A stretch of 64,000 bases of DNA. Source: Bispira polyomma. Taxonomy: Eukaryota. Below are positions 26,198-39,231 of this stretch, in pieces; the stretch's first letter is position 1; every line of letters begins with the position of its first letter. The stretch lies in the NCBI GenBank assembly GCA_965649765.1, contig OZ287749.1:102486001-102550000 (forward strand), read 5' to 3'. The notes beneath the pieces are model-generated. The model saw only the letters and a program-made list of their open reading frames with translations. It was not told the DNA's origin and did not search any database. Made by a program: the position numbers and the translations under genes.

Positions 26198-28098
26198 TAA
26201 TTAAGCGTCCCTTGAAAAGGGCGCTTATTTGGTTTCACCCCTGGTTTCCTCGCCGCCGCCGCATGGTCTTCCTTGAATATCTCCTTCAATATTATCTGCA
26301 TCAAAATTATTTTTGGCAGTTCTCTTAACCGGGAGTGGGAAATTTTTTTTATATTCTTGGCTTTGAACTTTGGCCTACTTAAATGTCAGGTGACCCTGGG
26401 GGTGTAAAAGTGCTTGTCACTAGGTTTTCTCAAAACGTATTCATCATAGCTTAATGAAATTTGGTATGTACCTTGGTAAGGCAATTTTCAGGACGGGAGA
26501 CGCTGATGAGATTAATCGGATGATAATTGACCGATTGCCAACCGATTGATTTTTATTGAAATGCGAAAAATCGGTACTTTTTTGCTATCTCGGAAACTAT
26601 TGGGATTTCGGCTTTTTCTTGGTATAAGTTATTCATCTACTTTTGGATTTTATGTATGATGTAAAAATTTCACAGTTCTAAGTCCAGTACTCAATGAGTA
26701 CTGAGTACTTCAAATGAGTATTTTGCTCTATCTTACACTTTTATCAACTTTTCTTTTAAAGTACTTGTCATAGTTCAATGAAATTTCGCATGCACATTGC
26801 AAATACCAAAGCATAGATGTCCGTAAATTTTTAGATCAATCTGCTGATAATTGACTGATTGACAGGGTCGATCAATCATACAAAATGGGGGAAAAAATGT
26901 ATTGATGGGTGCTTTTTTGAGCGTGAGGATTTTTTTATTTTTAATTTTAGACCAGTACATGCAGCGCGTAACTTTAAAAGAATAGCCTGAATTTTTATTT
27001 ATTTTTTACCCCATCCAAAAATATGCGATCGTTACTGATATAAAACGATTTTAATTTCAAAAATTGTAAAAATTAAGGTTTTCTTTTAAATGTCCATTAT
27101 CTCTGAAACGGTGCTAGATAGAGCGATTTCGAGCTCATTTTCAACTCACAGGGTTGATTTTGCTTATATGTAACTTTTAAAAAATTTTCAATTTTGGCGG
27201 CCATCTTGAATTTCTGCGTCTTTTTCGAAAACGTCCGTTATCTCGGAAACGGTGCTAGATAGAGCAATTTCGAGCTTATTTTCGACCCACAGGGTTGATT
27301 TTGCTTATACGTAAACTTTAAAAAAAATTTCAATTTTGGCGGCCATCTTTAATTTCTGCGTCTTTTTCGAAAACGTCCGTTATCTTGGAAACGGTGCTAG
27401 ATAGAGCGATTTCGAGCTAATTTTTGACCCACAGGGTTGATTTTGCTTATATCTAAACTTTCAAAAAAATTTAAATTTTGGTGGCCATCTTTAATTTCTG
27501 CGTCTTTTTTGAAAATGTCAGTTATCTCGGAAACAGTGCTAGATAGAGTGATTTTGAGCTCATTTTCGATCCACAGGGTTGATTTTACTTATATGTAAAC
27601 TTTTTTAAAAATTTTAATTTTGTCGGCCATCTTTAATTTCTGCGTCTTTTTCGAAAATGTCATTTGTCTTGGAAACGGTGCTAGATAGACCGATTTCGAG
27701 CTCATTTTCAATCCACAGGGTTGATTTTGCTTATATTTAAACTTTTAAAAAAAGGTTACATTTTGGCGGCCATCTTGAATTTCTGTGTCTTTTTTGAAAA
27801 TGCCCTTTATCTCAGAAACGGTGCTAGATAGAGCGATTTCAAGCTCCTTTTCGACTCATAGGGCTGATTTTTCTTTTATGTAAATTTTTGTAGTAATTTT
27901 TGATTTGGGCAACTATCTTCAATTTCTGCGTCTTTTTAGAAAACGTCTGTTATCTCGGAAATGGTGATCCTTTTCGAGCTTACATTGATCCAAAAGTGCT
28001 GATTCTGCTTAAATGTCAACTTTTAAACAATATCAAACCTTCTACACTAAAGAATTTCATTATTATTTCAACTTTAGGGACGCTTCGTTTTTGTTATC
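26198..28098 (+). mobile_element. Helentron-associated (HINE/DINE-type) non-autonomous element with an internal tandem array
   Basis: 5' subterminal repeat and hairpin AAGCGTCCCTTGAAAAGGGCGCTT, a short (CGC)n run, an internal ~141-bp array, and 3' inverted subterminal repeat AGGGACGCTT at 28076-28085. Confidence 0.7.
27094..27990. repeat. ~141-bp tandem array (~6 copies)
   Basis: TTATCTCGGAAACGGTGCTAGATAGAGCGATTTCGAGC...CACAGGGTTGATTTTGCTTATA...TTTTGGCGGCCATCTT recurs at ~141-bp spacing. Confidence 0.92.
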
Positions 28099-28138
28099 AA
28101 AAACCATTTTCTAGTTATTTGTTGATTATGTTTTACAG

Positions 28139-28218
28139 TAGTTCATCCAAGCAAGAAGATGCCGTGGAGTTGTACGTCAGAGCAGCAAACTCTTTTAAAA
28201 TGGCAAAACAGTGGGCAA
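28139..28218 (+). CDS. NAPA: alpha-SNAP exon 2 (SSSKQEDAVELYVRAANSFKMAKQWA)
   Basis: TTTTACAG acceptor and GTAAGT donor. Phases 2 and 1 fit the neighbours. Conserved RAAN.FKMAK.W. Confidence 0.95.
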
Positions 28219-28647
28219 GTAAGTCTTTGAAAGCAATCCACCCGGCCAAACTGAGGGGTGTCAGATTAATATTAGTAAGGGTGTGAAATGTGCCTGAGTG
28301 TATGTGCTAGCATTCCAGTGTATGTGCTAGCATTCCGGTGTATGTGCCAGCATTCCGGTGTATGTGCCAAAATAAGGTCATTGTAATAATATACATCAGT
28401 ATATAAATAAACATATTTTCTTGTGGTTCTAAGTCATTTTATGTAATTTTATTGCTAACCAAGCAATTTTGTTACACTTTATCAATTTGGTTTTGTTTTT
28501 ACCACCATCGGTACATACTAAATGTCGAACATAAAAAAATCAGAATTAGTGAAATTTTCTGGCAAGCTAAAATTTGCAGTTGTACAGAATGTCATTACAG
28601 CTTTACTGTGTTAAATGTTTACATTGTACATGTCTCTACCTTTTCAG

Positions 28648-28764
28648 ACGCAGGTACAGCCTTCACTCAGGCTGCTAAACTAAACCTCCAGCTGGGGAGC
28701 AAACACGAAGCAGCCACTCATTTTGTGGATGCAGGGAATTGTTATAGAAAGGGAGACCCTGGTG
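28648..28764 (+). CDS. NAPA: alpha-SNAP exon 3 ([39 protein letters not shown])
   Basis: Canonical AG/GT sites. Conserved SKH.AAT.FVDAGN. Confidence 0.95.
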
Positions 28765-28938
28765 GTAAGAGTATGGCTTTTTTGTAAAAATATGATTCCA
28801 TGGATGGCGGATAACATAGATCTTTAAAGCAGTAATCACATGAAGCAGGACACAATATAGAATTGGAGTTCACCTCCCGATGGAGTAAGCACAGTATACC
28901 TATGGGATGTGTACAGATTTTAGTGGTGTTACCAGTAA

Positions 28939-30415
28939 AGCCCATTGCTAACCAAAGCCGGCGCTACGCGACACAACGCGACAAAAATATAGAAACCCAA
29001 TCAAATAACCTGCCATTGCTAACTAAAGCCGGTGTGACACGGCCAGACGCGACGCGACATGACACATTTTTTTGAAATAGAGATTTCTCTATATTTTGGT
29101 GGTGTCGCGCCTGAGTCGTTCACGGAAATGCTGAAGAAATCATCTAATAATAGGTTTTTATGCTGGCTATACAATTGCTAATGTGTGATTTCTAGAGGGT
29201 GGGTTTGAATTTTAAATTGATTAAACTGATATAAGGAATTTCAATTAGTGACAATTGCTTTACCTACCCAACTTTCAACTTACAGTCCTCAATTGTTAAT
29301 TGCAATATCTAGAGGGAGGGTTTGAATATTTCAATTGTTAATTACATTACTTACCTAATCTTAAACATGCACTTAACAGGAAAGGATAAGTAATAATTGT
29401 CTAGCTTCTTATGTATGTTGGTTAAAACTTAAACATAAAAGGGTAATCAAATCTTAGAAGAGGTATAACCTGAGTTAGCACTTGTAATTCACAAAACAAA
29501 TGAGATGCAAGTGAAATCAAATACCTTAATTCCATATGACAACACTTGTGTTGATAATCCCTTGACACCTTGAAAGAAATAATTATCTCCTGCAATACAC
29601 TCTAGTTTATACATGCTATACAATGCAACTTATGACACTGTATGAATATGAGAGTCTTTTACAGGCAAATTAATAGTCAATTCCAATGTGAAAAGTTCAG
29701 CAGGGATGAAAATGTTGACGCAGGCCCATATAAAAAAAACATAACTTTCTTAGTCTAGTGCAATCGATTGGAATTTATAATGACATCTCTGCTAACTCTG
29801 GAAATCACCACAATACCATTTAAAATATAAATTGTTATGTAAGGATGTAGCAATACTTGTCACAACAATATTCAAACTTGATTGGAATTTTAAAAAGTTG
29901 CAAAGTAAATGGGGCTACCCTAATGATTAACGTTTATACTAATAATACAATTAGTACAGATTGATGTGCAGATTGACAACATGTGCTCCTTTTAAATAAA
30001 CTATTAGTCTCTTCAATCATACTGATTCTTAAGTGTGTGAGATTCATTTTCAAACATATTTTACAAAATAGTTGTTAATATTTTCATTTAACACCCATTG
30101 ACTGCACTGTGCATTATACCCCAAGACTTAAAATTTTTTCTAACTTTATATCAGCTGTTGTAAATATTTATCCTCACACAAAAATCAGCAGGCTTTAACA
30201 CTATATAGACCTAAAACTAGACAATAATAGCAGCAAAAACGTAAAAATATGAACAAATATTGATAGTTTGGTATGTGTGTGTGAGTATTTCAATACTTGT
30301 TTTCAGATTACTGCTGGGTATTGTCGCTTCTGGTGTGAAAGCAAGGTATATTTGCTGCAGTGTCGCATTGGCAAGAGTTGCATCGCGCCGCGCCGGCTTT
30401 GGTTAGCAATGGGCT
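28939..30415. mobile_element. PIF/Harbinger-type non-autonomous element (~1.48 kb)
   Basis: TIR AGCCCATTGCTAACCAAAGCCGGCGC pairs with GCGCCGGCTTTGGTTAGCAATGGGCT. TAA TSD at 28936-28938 and 30416-30418. Confidence 0.9.
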
Positions 30416-30572
30416 TAAGGCTGCGACGATTAGCGCTAGCATCAATGCGTTAATCGAGTGAGGCAAGAGAAACGATACATCGAGCCGGGATTTGTAACTC
30501 AATCATGTATATAGTACTCCCTATTGGCCGGATTTTAGTATGCACCCAAAAGCACACTGTTGCTTAGGACAC

Positions 30573-30574
<2 letters not shown>

Positions 30575-30609
<35 letters not shown>

Positions 30610-31132
30610 CACTACACTACACTACACTACACTACACTACTCACACTACACTACTCACACTACACTACTCACACTACACTAGTCACACTACACTAGTCAC
30701 ACTACACTACTCACACTACACTACTCACACTACACTACTCACACTTCACTACTCACACTTCACTACTCACACTTCACTACTCACACTTCACTACTCACAC
30801 TTCACTACTCACACTTCACTACTCACACTTCACTACTCACACTACACTACTCACACTACACTACTCACACTACACTACTCACACTACACTACTCACACTA
30901 CACTACTCACACTACACTACTCACACTTCACTACTCACACTACACACACACACTTCACTACTCACACTACACACACACACTTCACTACTCACACTACACA
31001 CACACACTTCACTACTCACACTACACACACACACTTCACTACTCACACTACACACACACACTTCACTACTCACACTACACACACACACTTCATAACTCTC
31101 ACTACACACACTTCACACACTTCACTACTCAC
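30575..31132. repeat. Compound (CA)n / CACTACACTACTCA micro- and minisatellite running into an assembly gap
   Basis: Seen directly. The 255-aa Thr/His-rich ORF is a translation artefact. Confidence 0.95.
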
Positions 31133-31301
31133 NNNNNNNNNNNNNNNNNNNNNNNNNNNNNNNNNNNNNNNNNNNNNNNNNNNNNNNNNNNNNNNNNNNN
31201 NNNNNNNNNNNNNNNNNNNNNNNNNNNNNNNNNNNNNNNNNNNNNNNNNNNNNNNNNNNNNNNNNNNNNNNNNNNNNNNNNNNNNNNNNNNNNNNNNNNN
31301 N
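31133..31301. other. Assembly gap (N run)
   Basis: 169 consecutive N. Confidence 1.
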
Positions 31302-32063
31302 AGTTAACAATATACCGGTATGCTGCATTTCGTTACATTCTGGACAAATAAGGCGATCATCACTATAAAGGGTTTAGAACCGGTTGGCGAAAACATTTGT
31401 ATTTTACCCTTTAAATGAGTGTCATAATCCTTCACAACTTTGAAATATGTATAATTTTGTATTTGAATATATCAAACAAAATAGCACTATTATGCACATA
31501 TTTTGTGTGTATGACTTTTAAAAGTTTTTCGAGGTGATATATATATAATGTTGAAATTTATAGCTCATGTACACCTGTTATACACTTCATCAGAAGACCG
31601 GGATATAAAACAAAAGATGCCAGTTTTAGTTCAGTTGTTACTAAGGCTGCGACGATTAATTGTTTAGTTGATGCATTAATCGACTGTGGCAAATATAGAG
31701 ATGCATCTGGTCCGGACTTTGCAACTCGATCATATATATTTTACTGCCTATTGGCCGAATTTTACTGTGCACCCAGAAGCACATTGTCGCCTAAGAAAAG
31801 GTATAAATAATAGATATATGAAAATTTAACTTCATTTAACATTCATTTTACGCCTAAATTTGTAGTTCTATTGTGGGAAAACCTAAAATGTAGTAGAGTT
31901 TAGGTATGTATCAGCACTTTGTTGGGTCAGAATGGCTTTTTCGATGCATGGAGTTATGCAATTACTCATTACTAATAGATTTAAAACTAAACTAAGATAT
32001 AAAACTAAACTAAGCACGCTCTACCGCGTTGTATACTGTGTTCTACTTATTTCCTGTTTTCAG

Positions 32064-32110
32064 AGGCTGTGAGCAGTCTACACAAAGCTATAGAGATCTA
32101 CACAGACATG
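32064..32110 (+). CDS. NAPA: alpha-SNAP exon 4 (EAVSSLHKAIEIYTDM)
   Basis: TTTCAG acceptor and GTGAGT donor. Conserved AIEIYTDM. Confidence 0.95.
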
Positions 32111-33098
32111 GTGAGTTCTTCTCTTACTGTAATCCTTCGGCAGTATTCTCCCCTAAGTCCCAAGCTCGAATTCAAGCTCTCAACTCGAGCGTCTCTTATA
32201 TCTGGAAGAAACCTAAAATTTGACTGCACATTTGAATTCAGTGCTGAAAAATTAACGTTTAAATGAATGATCACAAGTATATGTTAATTCGTGATTTTAT
32301 AAAGGTATTTTGCATAACCTGCACTAAACTGGAGTCTTAGGCTTCAGTTGGGTTTCAGGTGGAGTTTCTTTGGAGAATACAAACCTTGATTTACCAATTC
32401 CGTTATTATGTTTTGTCCACTGTTTGAGGATTGTATAATCCATCATATGACCATCATATAACGTCAAGTCAATATGCTTATGTAGACGGATAAAAAATAA
32501 CAATTAAAATTTTAATATCTTCTTCTGTTAAATATTTTTTTTCGTAAAATCCCCTTGTAAATTGTGTGTGCCAGCAGGTTCTCGCAAGCAAAAGTACACA
32601 AAAACCTCCTATATATCTCATTAAAATAAAAATATTCACGATGGGCATTAACTGGTTATGCAAAATATTGCCATTTGTCGTTTATCCTGTGCAGTTTTTA
32701 CCAGCCAATAGTTGACTTTAGAGTATTATTTCTTATATTTTCATTGCCGTTACACATTTACAATGGTTTTGCTATATTAAACAACTTGAACTAACTCGGT
32801 CTAGTCTACTTTCAACTTTTGCACATACATGCCAGGGCCGGGAATCAAGGCACAACGGCAGAGGTCCACCTGGGATCGGCTGGCGCAGAACCTTGATGAA
32901 CTGTATCCAGTGTTTCCTCCAGCGTTTCCAACTACCCATCCAAATATAACCTAAACAGGTACCAGAGTGGCAAAAAAAAAAAAATCCATGTATTACCACT
33001 ACACTACTGACGTGCCCCCCTCCCCCCCCCCCCCCCTTCTCTCACTGGTGTTGAAGTAGCTGTAATGTTAGTTAATTTCTGGTTTGTTTTTTCAACAG

Positions 33099-33176
33099 GG
33101 GAAGTTCACAATAGCAGCCAAACATCACATTACCATTGCAGAAATCTACGAGACAGAAATGGTGGACATCGACAAA
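33099..33176 (+). CDS. NAPA: alpha-SNAP exon 5 ([26 protein letters not shown])
   Basis: Canonical splice sites. Conserved [14 protein letters not shown]. Missed by the ORF track. Confidence 0.95.
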
Positions 33177-33534
33177 GTGAGTGGCACAGAGATTATTACA
33201 TTATAGAAAATACAGATTCCTTAAAAAATTAATGCATACTGGCCAATTACAGTGATATAGCTTAGAGATAACATAGATGATAAGTAAGCTGGCTGTTGCA
33301 CATGGACTGTCTTAAAAATAAGGACATTTACAATACTTTGAATTTAATACAGAATTTAATCAGTAGCCAGTGTGGCTTTTGAAGCAAAGCAGTTCTATGT
33401 GGACCTGCTTCATATCTAATTTAATATTTATAATGATTAGTACTGATTACTGATGAGTTCTTGATTGCATCCATGGCAAATTCTGTCCAAATTTGCGAAT
33501 ATAGTCGATTGGTATCACATATAATAGCGACCTT

Positions 33535-33815
33535 GTCTCTATAGCTAGCGGTTAGAGTGTCAGACTTTGGATCTGGGGTCCAGGTTCGATCCTCGCTACT
33601 GGCCTTAAGATATTTACCCTTAGACAAGATACTTTACACAAAGTTCTTCCTCTCTACCCAGGTGTATCAATGGGTACGTGACCGCTAATAGTGTTAGTTT
33701 CTTTGTTTTATGTGTGGCAGCATGGCTAGTATGCTCCCTAAGGGAGCTGAGAGTGAACAATTGACAACTGTAAGAACCTGGGCCGGGGTAGATAACTGAT
33801 GTTCATAGCTGTGCT
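33535..33815 (+). mobile_element. tRNA-derived SINE family C (CORE-like)
   Basis: A-box-like TAGCTAGCGG and B-box GGTTCGATCC, then CCTTAGACAAGATACTTTACAC...CCCAGGTGTATCAATGGGTAC. Confidence 0.65.
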
Positions 33816-33867
33816 ATATCAAGTGATAATTTTTATAATACATAAGTATTTCTTGTTTTATTTTCAG

Positions 33868-34008
33868 GCAATGAAGAATTATGAGCAGGCTGGAGATTAT
33901 TACAAAGGGGAAGAGTCTAACAGCTCAGCCAACAAGTGTATGTTAAAGGTGGCCCAGTATGCTAGTCAGCAGGAACAGTATGATAAGGCGATAGAGATCT
34001 ATGAACAG
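33868..34008 (+). CDS. NAPA: alpha-SNAP exon 6 ([47 protein letters not shown])
   Basis: Conserved [15 protein letters not shown]. Acceptor TTTCAG, donor GTGAGT. Confidence 0.96.
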
Positions 34009-34450
34009 GTGAGTGTAAACAGTTACCATAGAGATCTATGAACAGGTGAGTGTGTGTTAAAAGAGACCCAGTATACAGGTCAACAGGAACTGTAGGATAA
34101 AGCGATGGAGATCTATGAACAGGTGAGTGTGTGTTGAAAGTGACCCAGGATACAGGTCAATAGGAAATGTAGGATAAGGCGATAGAGATTTATGAACAGG
34201 TGAGTGTGTGTTAAAGGTGAGCCAGGATACAGGTCAACAGGAAATGTAGGATAAGGCGATAGAGATCTATGAACAGGTGGGTGTGTGTTAAAGGTGGCCC
34301 AGTATGCTGGTCAACAGGAACAGTATGATAAGGCGATAGAGATCTATGAACAGGTGGGTGTGTGTTAAAGGTGGCCTAGAATACAAGTCAAGAGGTACTG
34401 TATGATAAGGCAATAGAGATTTATCAACAGTATACAAGTCAACAGGAACA
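33941..34450 (+). repeat. 77-bp tandem repeat made from the 3' end of exon 6 plus its 5' splice site
   Basis: GAGAT(C/T)TATGAACAG|GTG(A/G)GTGT recurs with GT at 34009, 34046, 34123, 34200, 34277 and 34354. Confidence 0.92.
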
Positions 34451-35535
34451 CTATGATATATGTATCTGTCCCAACTCAATTCCTCAAAATTTAATTACAT
34501 TATCGCTCACATAATGTTTAGTCTACATAAATTACCTTTTACTGGATATAACTTTAGATTAGGTGTGAATATAAAAATGTATATCTGTCCATTGATATCA
34601 AACAACTTTTGAGTTTTCTGTAATAATTGTTGTCAATTTATATGTTTTACGATGTTGCATACAGTGTTTGGTGTTTTCTTTCTCAAAACTTTTGTTTTGT
34701 CAGGAAGCCGCCATATGGTATACCACAATGCTTCTCAGTGGCATGTACTAAACTGTCCAATGTGCACAATGCTGACATGGTTTAAGGGGATTTTGTTCAT
34801 ACTTTTGACTCATTAACTAGGAAATCCAATACAGTTTTGTTCTTTAGTCTAAAATTCCTATTTTCACAAAACTCAACATATTATAAGATCTGTACATTTG
34901 TATTCAACATTCGTCTGAGGTTTTAAAAAAATGTTTGGTGTTTAGAAACCCAACAACTAGTTAAGCAAAATTTAAACCCAACTGTAGTCATAAAACCCAG
35001 CATCTCTGAGGTCTTGATTTGTTTCTATATATCTGATTAATTAAATATACTGGTGAATTGTTGGCTTTTAGAATCTCACTGCTAAGAAGATATAAGCAAC
35101 TGAACATTTTTGACAGCAGATTAGAATGGACAAATAATTTATTTATTTAAGAAATATTACTCATGTTTGAGACCTCATTGTGATAAAATAATTGCCGTAG
35201 CAAAAACTTTGATACGGCATATGCGGTAGATGCATAAGCCAACTTGGCGCAAATTTATAATTTCCTATAATTGTCAAAAGCTTCTAGGTGATACATTTTT
35301 TTCAAGTTCTCTGGCTAGCTTTTAACAGTTTTATTTTTAAATTTGTAAACAGTGAAGCTGTGATTGTTTTGCTGTGTGTTTCTTTTGGATGTCATCAACA
35401 CAAGCTGTGACTGTGATTTTGTGTCTGTAATCTGTGACACCACAGCTGTATCACTGTCTGTATTAACACACAAAGTAGGACTCACCCGGAAAGTAGAGCA
35501 GATTCCTGTGTTGTTGTAAGGATGACCTCGATTAA

Positions 35536-36466
35536 GGGCTTAGTAACGTAAACACAAAAACACGCCGGCGATATGCTACTTTATGAATGTTCATTTCTAC
35601 TCTGTATGATGACTTATATAGTATACTTTAGTAAGGTTTTTAGGTATGTCTCTTAGTGAGTGGAATTGCTCTGTATTTTGCAAGTCGATTAATTGCTTAA
35701 TTGTCCGACCGATGATCGACCTGCAATCGATTATTCCCATAAGGATATATTTTTTTATAGTTAAGTTACCTATCATGCCATCCCGGGTCAAAAATATTGT
35801 GGTCCGGTAAGAATTTGGTTAAATTCAAACGTTCGACATTTAGTATCAACCGCTAACCTATATGACTTCCGGTAAACAATGGCGGTAAACGAAAACAAAT
35901 ATAAAAGTGACAAAAATTGCTTTATTTGACTTAAAAATGATCTTAAATCACATGAAAACATCAAAAAATCTATTACTTGAAGTTCAGAACTTTGCTGTGT
36001 TTTGGGTTTGTAATAATCGATTTTCTGATGATCTTTACCGATCGACGTCTTTTGGCTAATAGACCGACGAATGCTTAGACGTTCGGCGAATTATCCACTC
36101 ACTAATGTCTCTATGCCTAGACAATTTAAAACTTTAATACTTAGCTATAAACACTATAAAAACACCAATGCAACAATTTTGTATTGTGACGTCATAAAAT
36201 TTGAAATCTATGGTGGAACGTCCTATTTGTAAACAAACCTTAGCAGGCTTTCTGTTGGGACATATTATGTGTATAGATCCAGCATATATCAATACATTGT
36301 CAATTGTGTTACGTTTATGAAGCATATCCTTTGAAAAATATTAAACCTTTTTTGCTACAATTTTAAGCATTGTTACGTTTATGTTATGTCATATAAGATT
36401 AAGATTCCATGTATTACTCACCACACAACGATTTGTTTATGACTATGTGTTTACGTTACTAACCCC
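35536..36466. mobile_element. TTAA-flanked non-autonomous DNA transposon (Kolobok-like)
   Basis: TTAA|GGGCTTAGTAACGTAAACACA ... TGTGTTTACGTTACTAACCCC|TTAA. The TIR matches 20 of 21 bases. Confidence 0.85.
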
Positions 36467-37459
36467 TTAACCCTTTTGTAGGCTTTTGGCCCGTATCACG
36501 TAGTGGTTAAGGAGTTGGTCTAATGATCAGAAAGTCTCGGGTTTCTACTTCCGGTAACGGACACTAGTGTCATAGAGCAAGATGTGTACACGTGTTTGCC
36601 CAGTTGCTTCGATGACCATTTAAAATGGCGGTCCTCTGTCACTGGGTCTTATCTCCAGTGGCAAGAAAAAGATCATTGGGGACGTTGATAAATGGTCGTT
36701 CTCAACCCTTTCCCATTGCCGGGAACTGGAAAATAAAATATTACAAGGTAATAGGTTTCAGATAGCTCTAGTCACTAGAGCATTCAATAACCACCTTACG
36801 TATAATGTTTTATACAGGGAAGTCTGCAGTACACACAATTTCCTATTGCCATGAACTGAAGAAAAATGTAATAATATTTTTGGGGTGTTTACTGCTAGCT
36901 GGCAACATATTCGTATTCATGTTTATACTCCGCAAATACAAATGTATATCTACCTTCATCTGGTATTCAGAGCGCTAATTAACCCTTTTCTGACTGTAAC
37001 AATCCACTGCCTCAGTTACTGTCATTCCCCTAACTGGAGTTTGCTCTTGGGGTCGAAGGGTTAGGGCTGTCAATTTGAGTGACAAGAATTTCAGATATCT
37101 ACAACATTCGATTCATCACAGTCTAGTCCTTGTAGTGTTGATAAACTGTCCCAAAGTAGAGTTAGTAATCATAATCTTGTCCCATCCTTTCCGACCCAAA
37201 CGAATGGGTGTGTGTTTTGGAAACGTCACCTTTGTTTGAAAAAAACAGGCGCTGTGTAGGATCAATGATTGTACTCCTTATTTTCCATCTTACTTTCCAA
37301 GACTGAGGGTTTCAACCAGGAACACTAAGACAAGTGGGAGAGGGTGTGGGAGGTTTTGTAACCCACATGAAAAGGGGGGTCAGAATGGTTCCAATTAGTG
37401 TCTTATCAAGAACCTAACAAAATCTATACAGGAAATATATCAATAAATGTGTGCTTCGG

Positions 37460-37905
37460 TGCCTGTATCTGTATGTGTGTGGTTGTCTGTGTGTCTATGT
37501 GTGTGTTAGGCTGTCTATGTGTGTGTTAGCCTGTATGTGTATCTGTATGTGTGTGGTTGTCTGTGTGTCTATGTGTATGTGTTAGGATGTCTGTATGTGT
37601 GTGTTAGCCTGTATGTGTATCTGTTTGTGTTAGGCTGTCTCTGTCTATCTAGGCATTAGGCTGTCTGTGGGTCTATGTGTGTGTGTTAGGATGTCTGTAT
37701 GTGTGTGTTAGCCTGTATGTGTATCTGTATGTGTTAGGCTGTCTCTGTCTATCTAGGCATTAGGCTGTCTATGTGTGTGTGTTAGGCTGTCTGTGTGTCT
37801 ATGTGTATGTGTTAGGATGTCTGTGTGTCTATGTGTATGTGTTAGGATGTCTGTATGTGTGTGTTTGTTAGGCTGTCTGTATCTGTATATGTTAGGCTGT
37901 ATATT
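37460..37905. repeat. Degenerate TG-rich minisatellite (TGTGTTAGGCTGTCTGTATG-like)
   Basis: Seen directly. Confidence 0.85.
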
Positions 37906-38290
37906 TTTCTATTTGTGTATTTGTCTATTTTTCTACCACCATTAAATCTGGCTATCGTGATATGACCTAAGCTGTTGAAAGCGACAAAAAAACCCAAATA
38001 AATTTAGACACAGTTCTGTCCATTGATCTCTAGTCAGGCTGTCAGCTGACACACTAACCCTTTCAAGTGTGTGTAGAGTGAGAGAGCTAGTTTATAGGCT
38101 CACCAAACACAAAGTGATTTATTTATATTGATTGACCATCACATTTAATGGTAAATCTCTGTATAACAGCCATGCTATATACACATTTTGTACTGTGATA
38201 TGATGATTATATCTGTATTCATGACTACGTTACAACCCCCATTAGCACCTTTGCTTACACTATGTATTTTACGAGCAGTTAAGTCAAATA

Positions 38291-38497
38291 GAGTAGAACT
38301 TCTATTATCTGAACTTGTAATTTTTACCCAAACATTAAAGTTTATGAACACATTGTCAGTTCTACCAAATTTACATTTTCCTATTGTTTGAATTTGTTTC
38401 TATACTGAAATACCTCTTCTGTTTTATAATAGACCTTCTAATATCCAAACCCAATCTTTTTCTCTCCCAACATGTTCAGATAATAGAGGTTCTACTG
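38291..38497. mobile_element. Tc1/mariner (pogo-like) MITE; related copies near 42201-42352, 42808-42935, 43423-43610, 59283-59430
   Basis: (C)AGTAGAAC(C/T)TCTATTATC...GATAATAGAGGTTCTACTG|TA inverted ends. Confidence 0.7.
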
Positions 38498-39057
38498 TAT
38501 ATTTTGAGGCATAAGTATTGTCTCTAAATTAGGTGTAAAAGGGATTAAAAAACCTATCAAATCTAATGTATTACTGGAGCATGGAGATGATGTTCGCACT
38601 TTTATCACCACTCTGAAAATTAGGCAATGCGGACAAATATGGACACAACAATTAATACGTAATTTATGTACAAAGAACCTGTTAATCATTGTTTAAAAGA
38701 AAACAAATATCTTTGTAGCCATATTAGTGTAATTGTAAATGTACACTAAATTTAAAAATTGTTTCACCAAATTTTTTACAATTCTGTATCAACAATAAAA
38801 CCACATCACCAAAATGATATAGTGCCCATGTTATATCACATAAGGTCTCGTTGTCTTTTAAGGTAGATAATAAATTTTAATATCAATTGATCCGACTACT
38901 AAAAACTATAGCGATATTGATACAAAAAACACCATTTGATACCACAGCTACTAGTATTGTCTGCAAGAGGAGGGGAGGGGGGGGGTAGAATCATTACACT
39001 CGTTGATTTGTCTTGTTTCTGTACATCTTCCTATGTTTTACCTTGTGTGTACACTAG

Positions 39058-39231
39058 GTAGGGACGAGTGCTATGGAGAACAAGCTCCTGCATTACTCAG
39101 CCAAGGACCACTTTTTCCGTGCTGCTATCTGTAGGATGTGTCTAGAAGTGCAGGACGCGGCCACAAACGTGCAGAAGTACGAGCAGATGTACCCAGCATT
39201 CTCAGACTCCAGGGAGTGCAAGCTGCTCAAG
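39058..39231 (+). CDS. NAPA: alpha-SNAP exon 7 ([25 protein letters not shown]...[14 protein letters not shown])
   Basis: Conserved LL.YSAKD.FF and [10 protein letters not shown]. Acceptor CTAG, donor GTCAGA. Confidence 0.95.

Noticed and set aside
27094-27990. CRISPR-like array (also considered for 33941-34450 and 46253-47166)
   Set aside because: These are whole-unit tandem repeats without unique spacers, in eukaryotic intronic or intergenic context, with no cas genes.
30540-31307. 255-aa Thr/His-rich ORF
   Set aside because: It is a translation of a microsatellite and an N gap.
36940-37420. GC-richer intronic stretch that might be an exon or retroelement piece
   Set aside because: No recognisable translation, and the NAPA CDS is complete without it.
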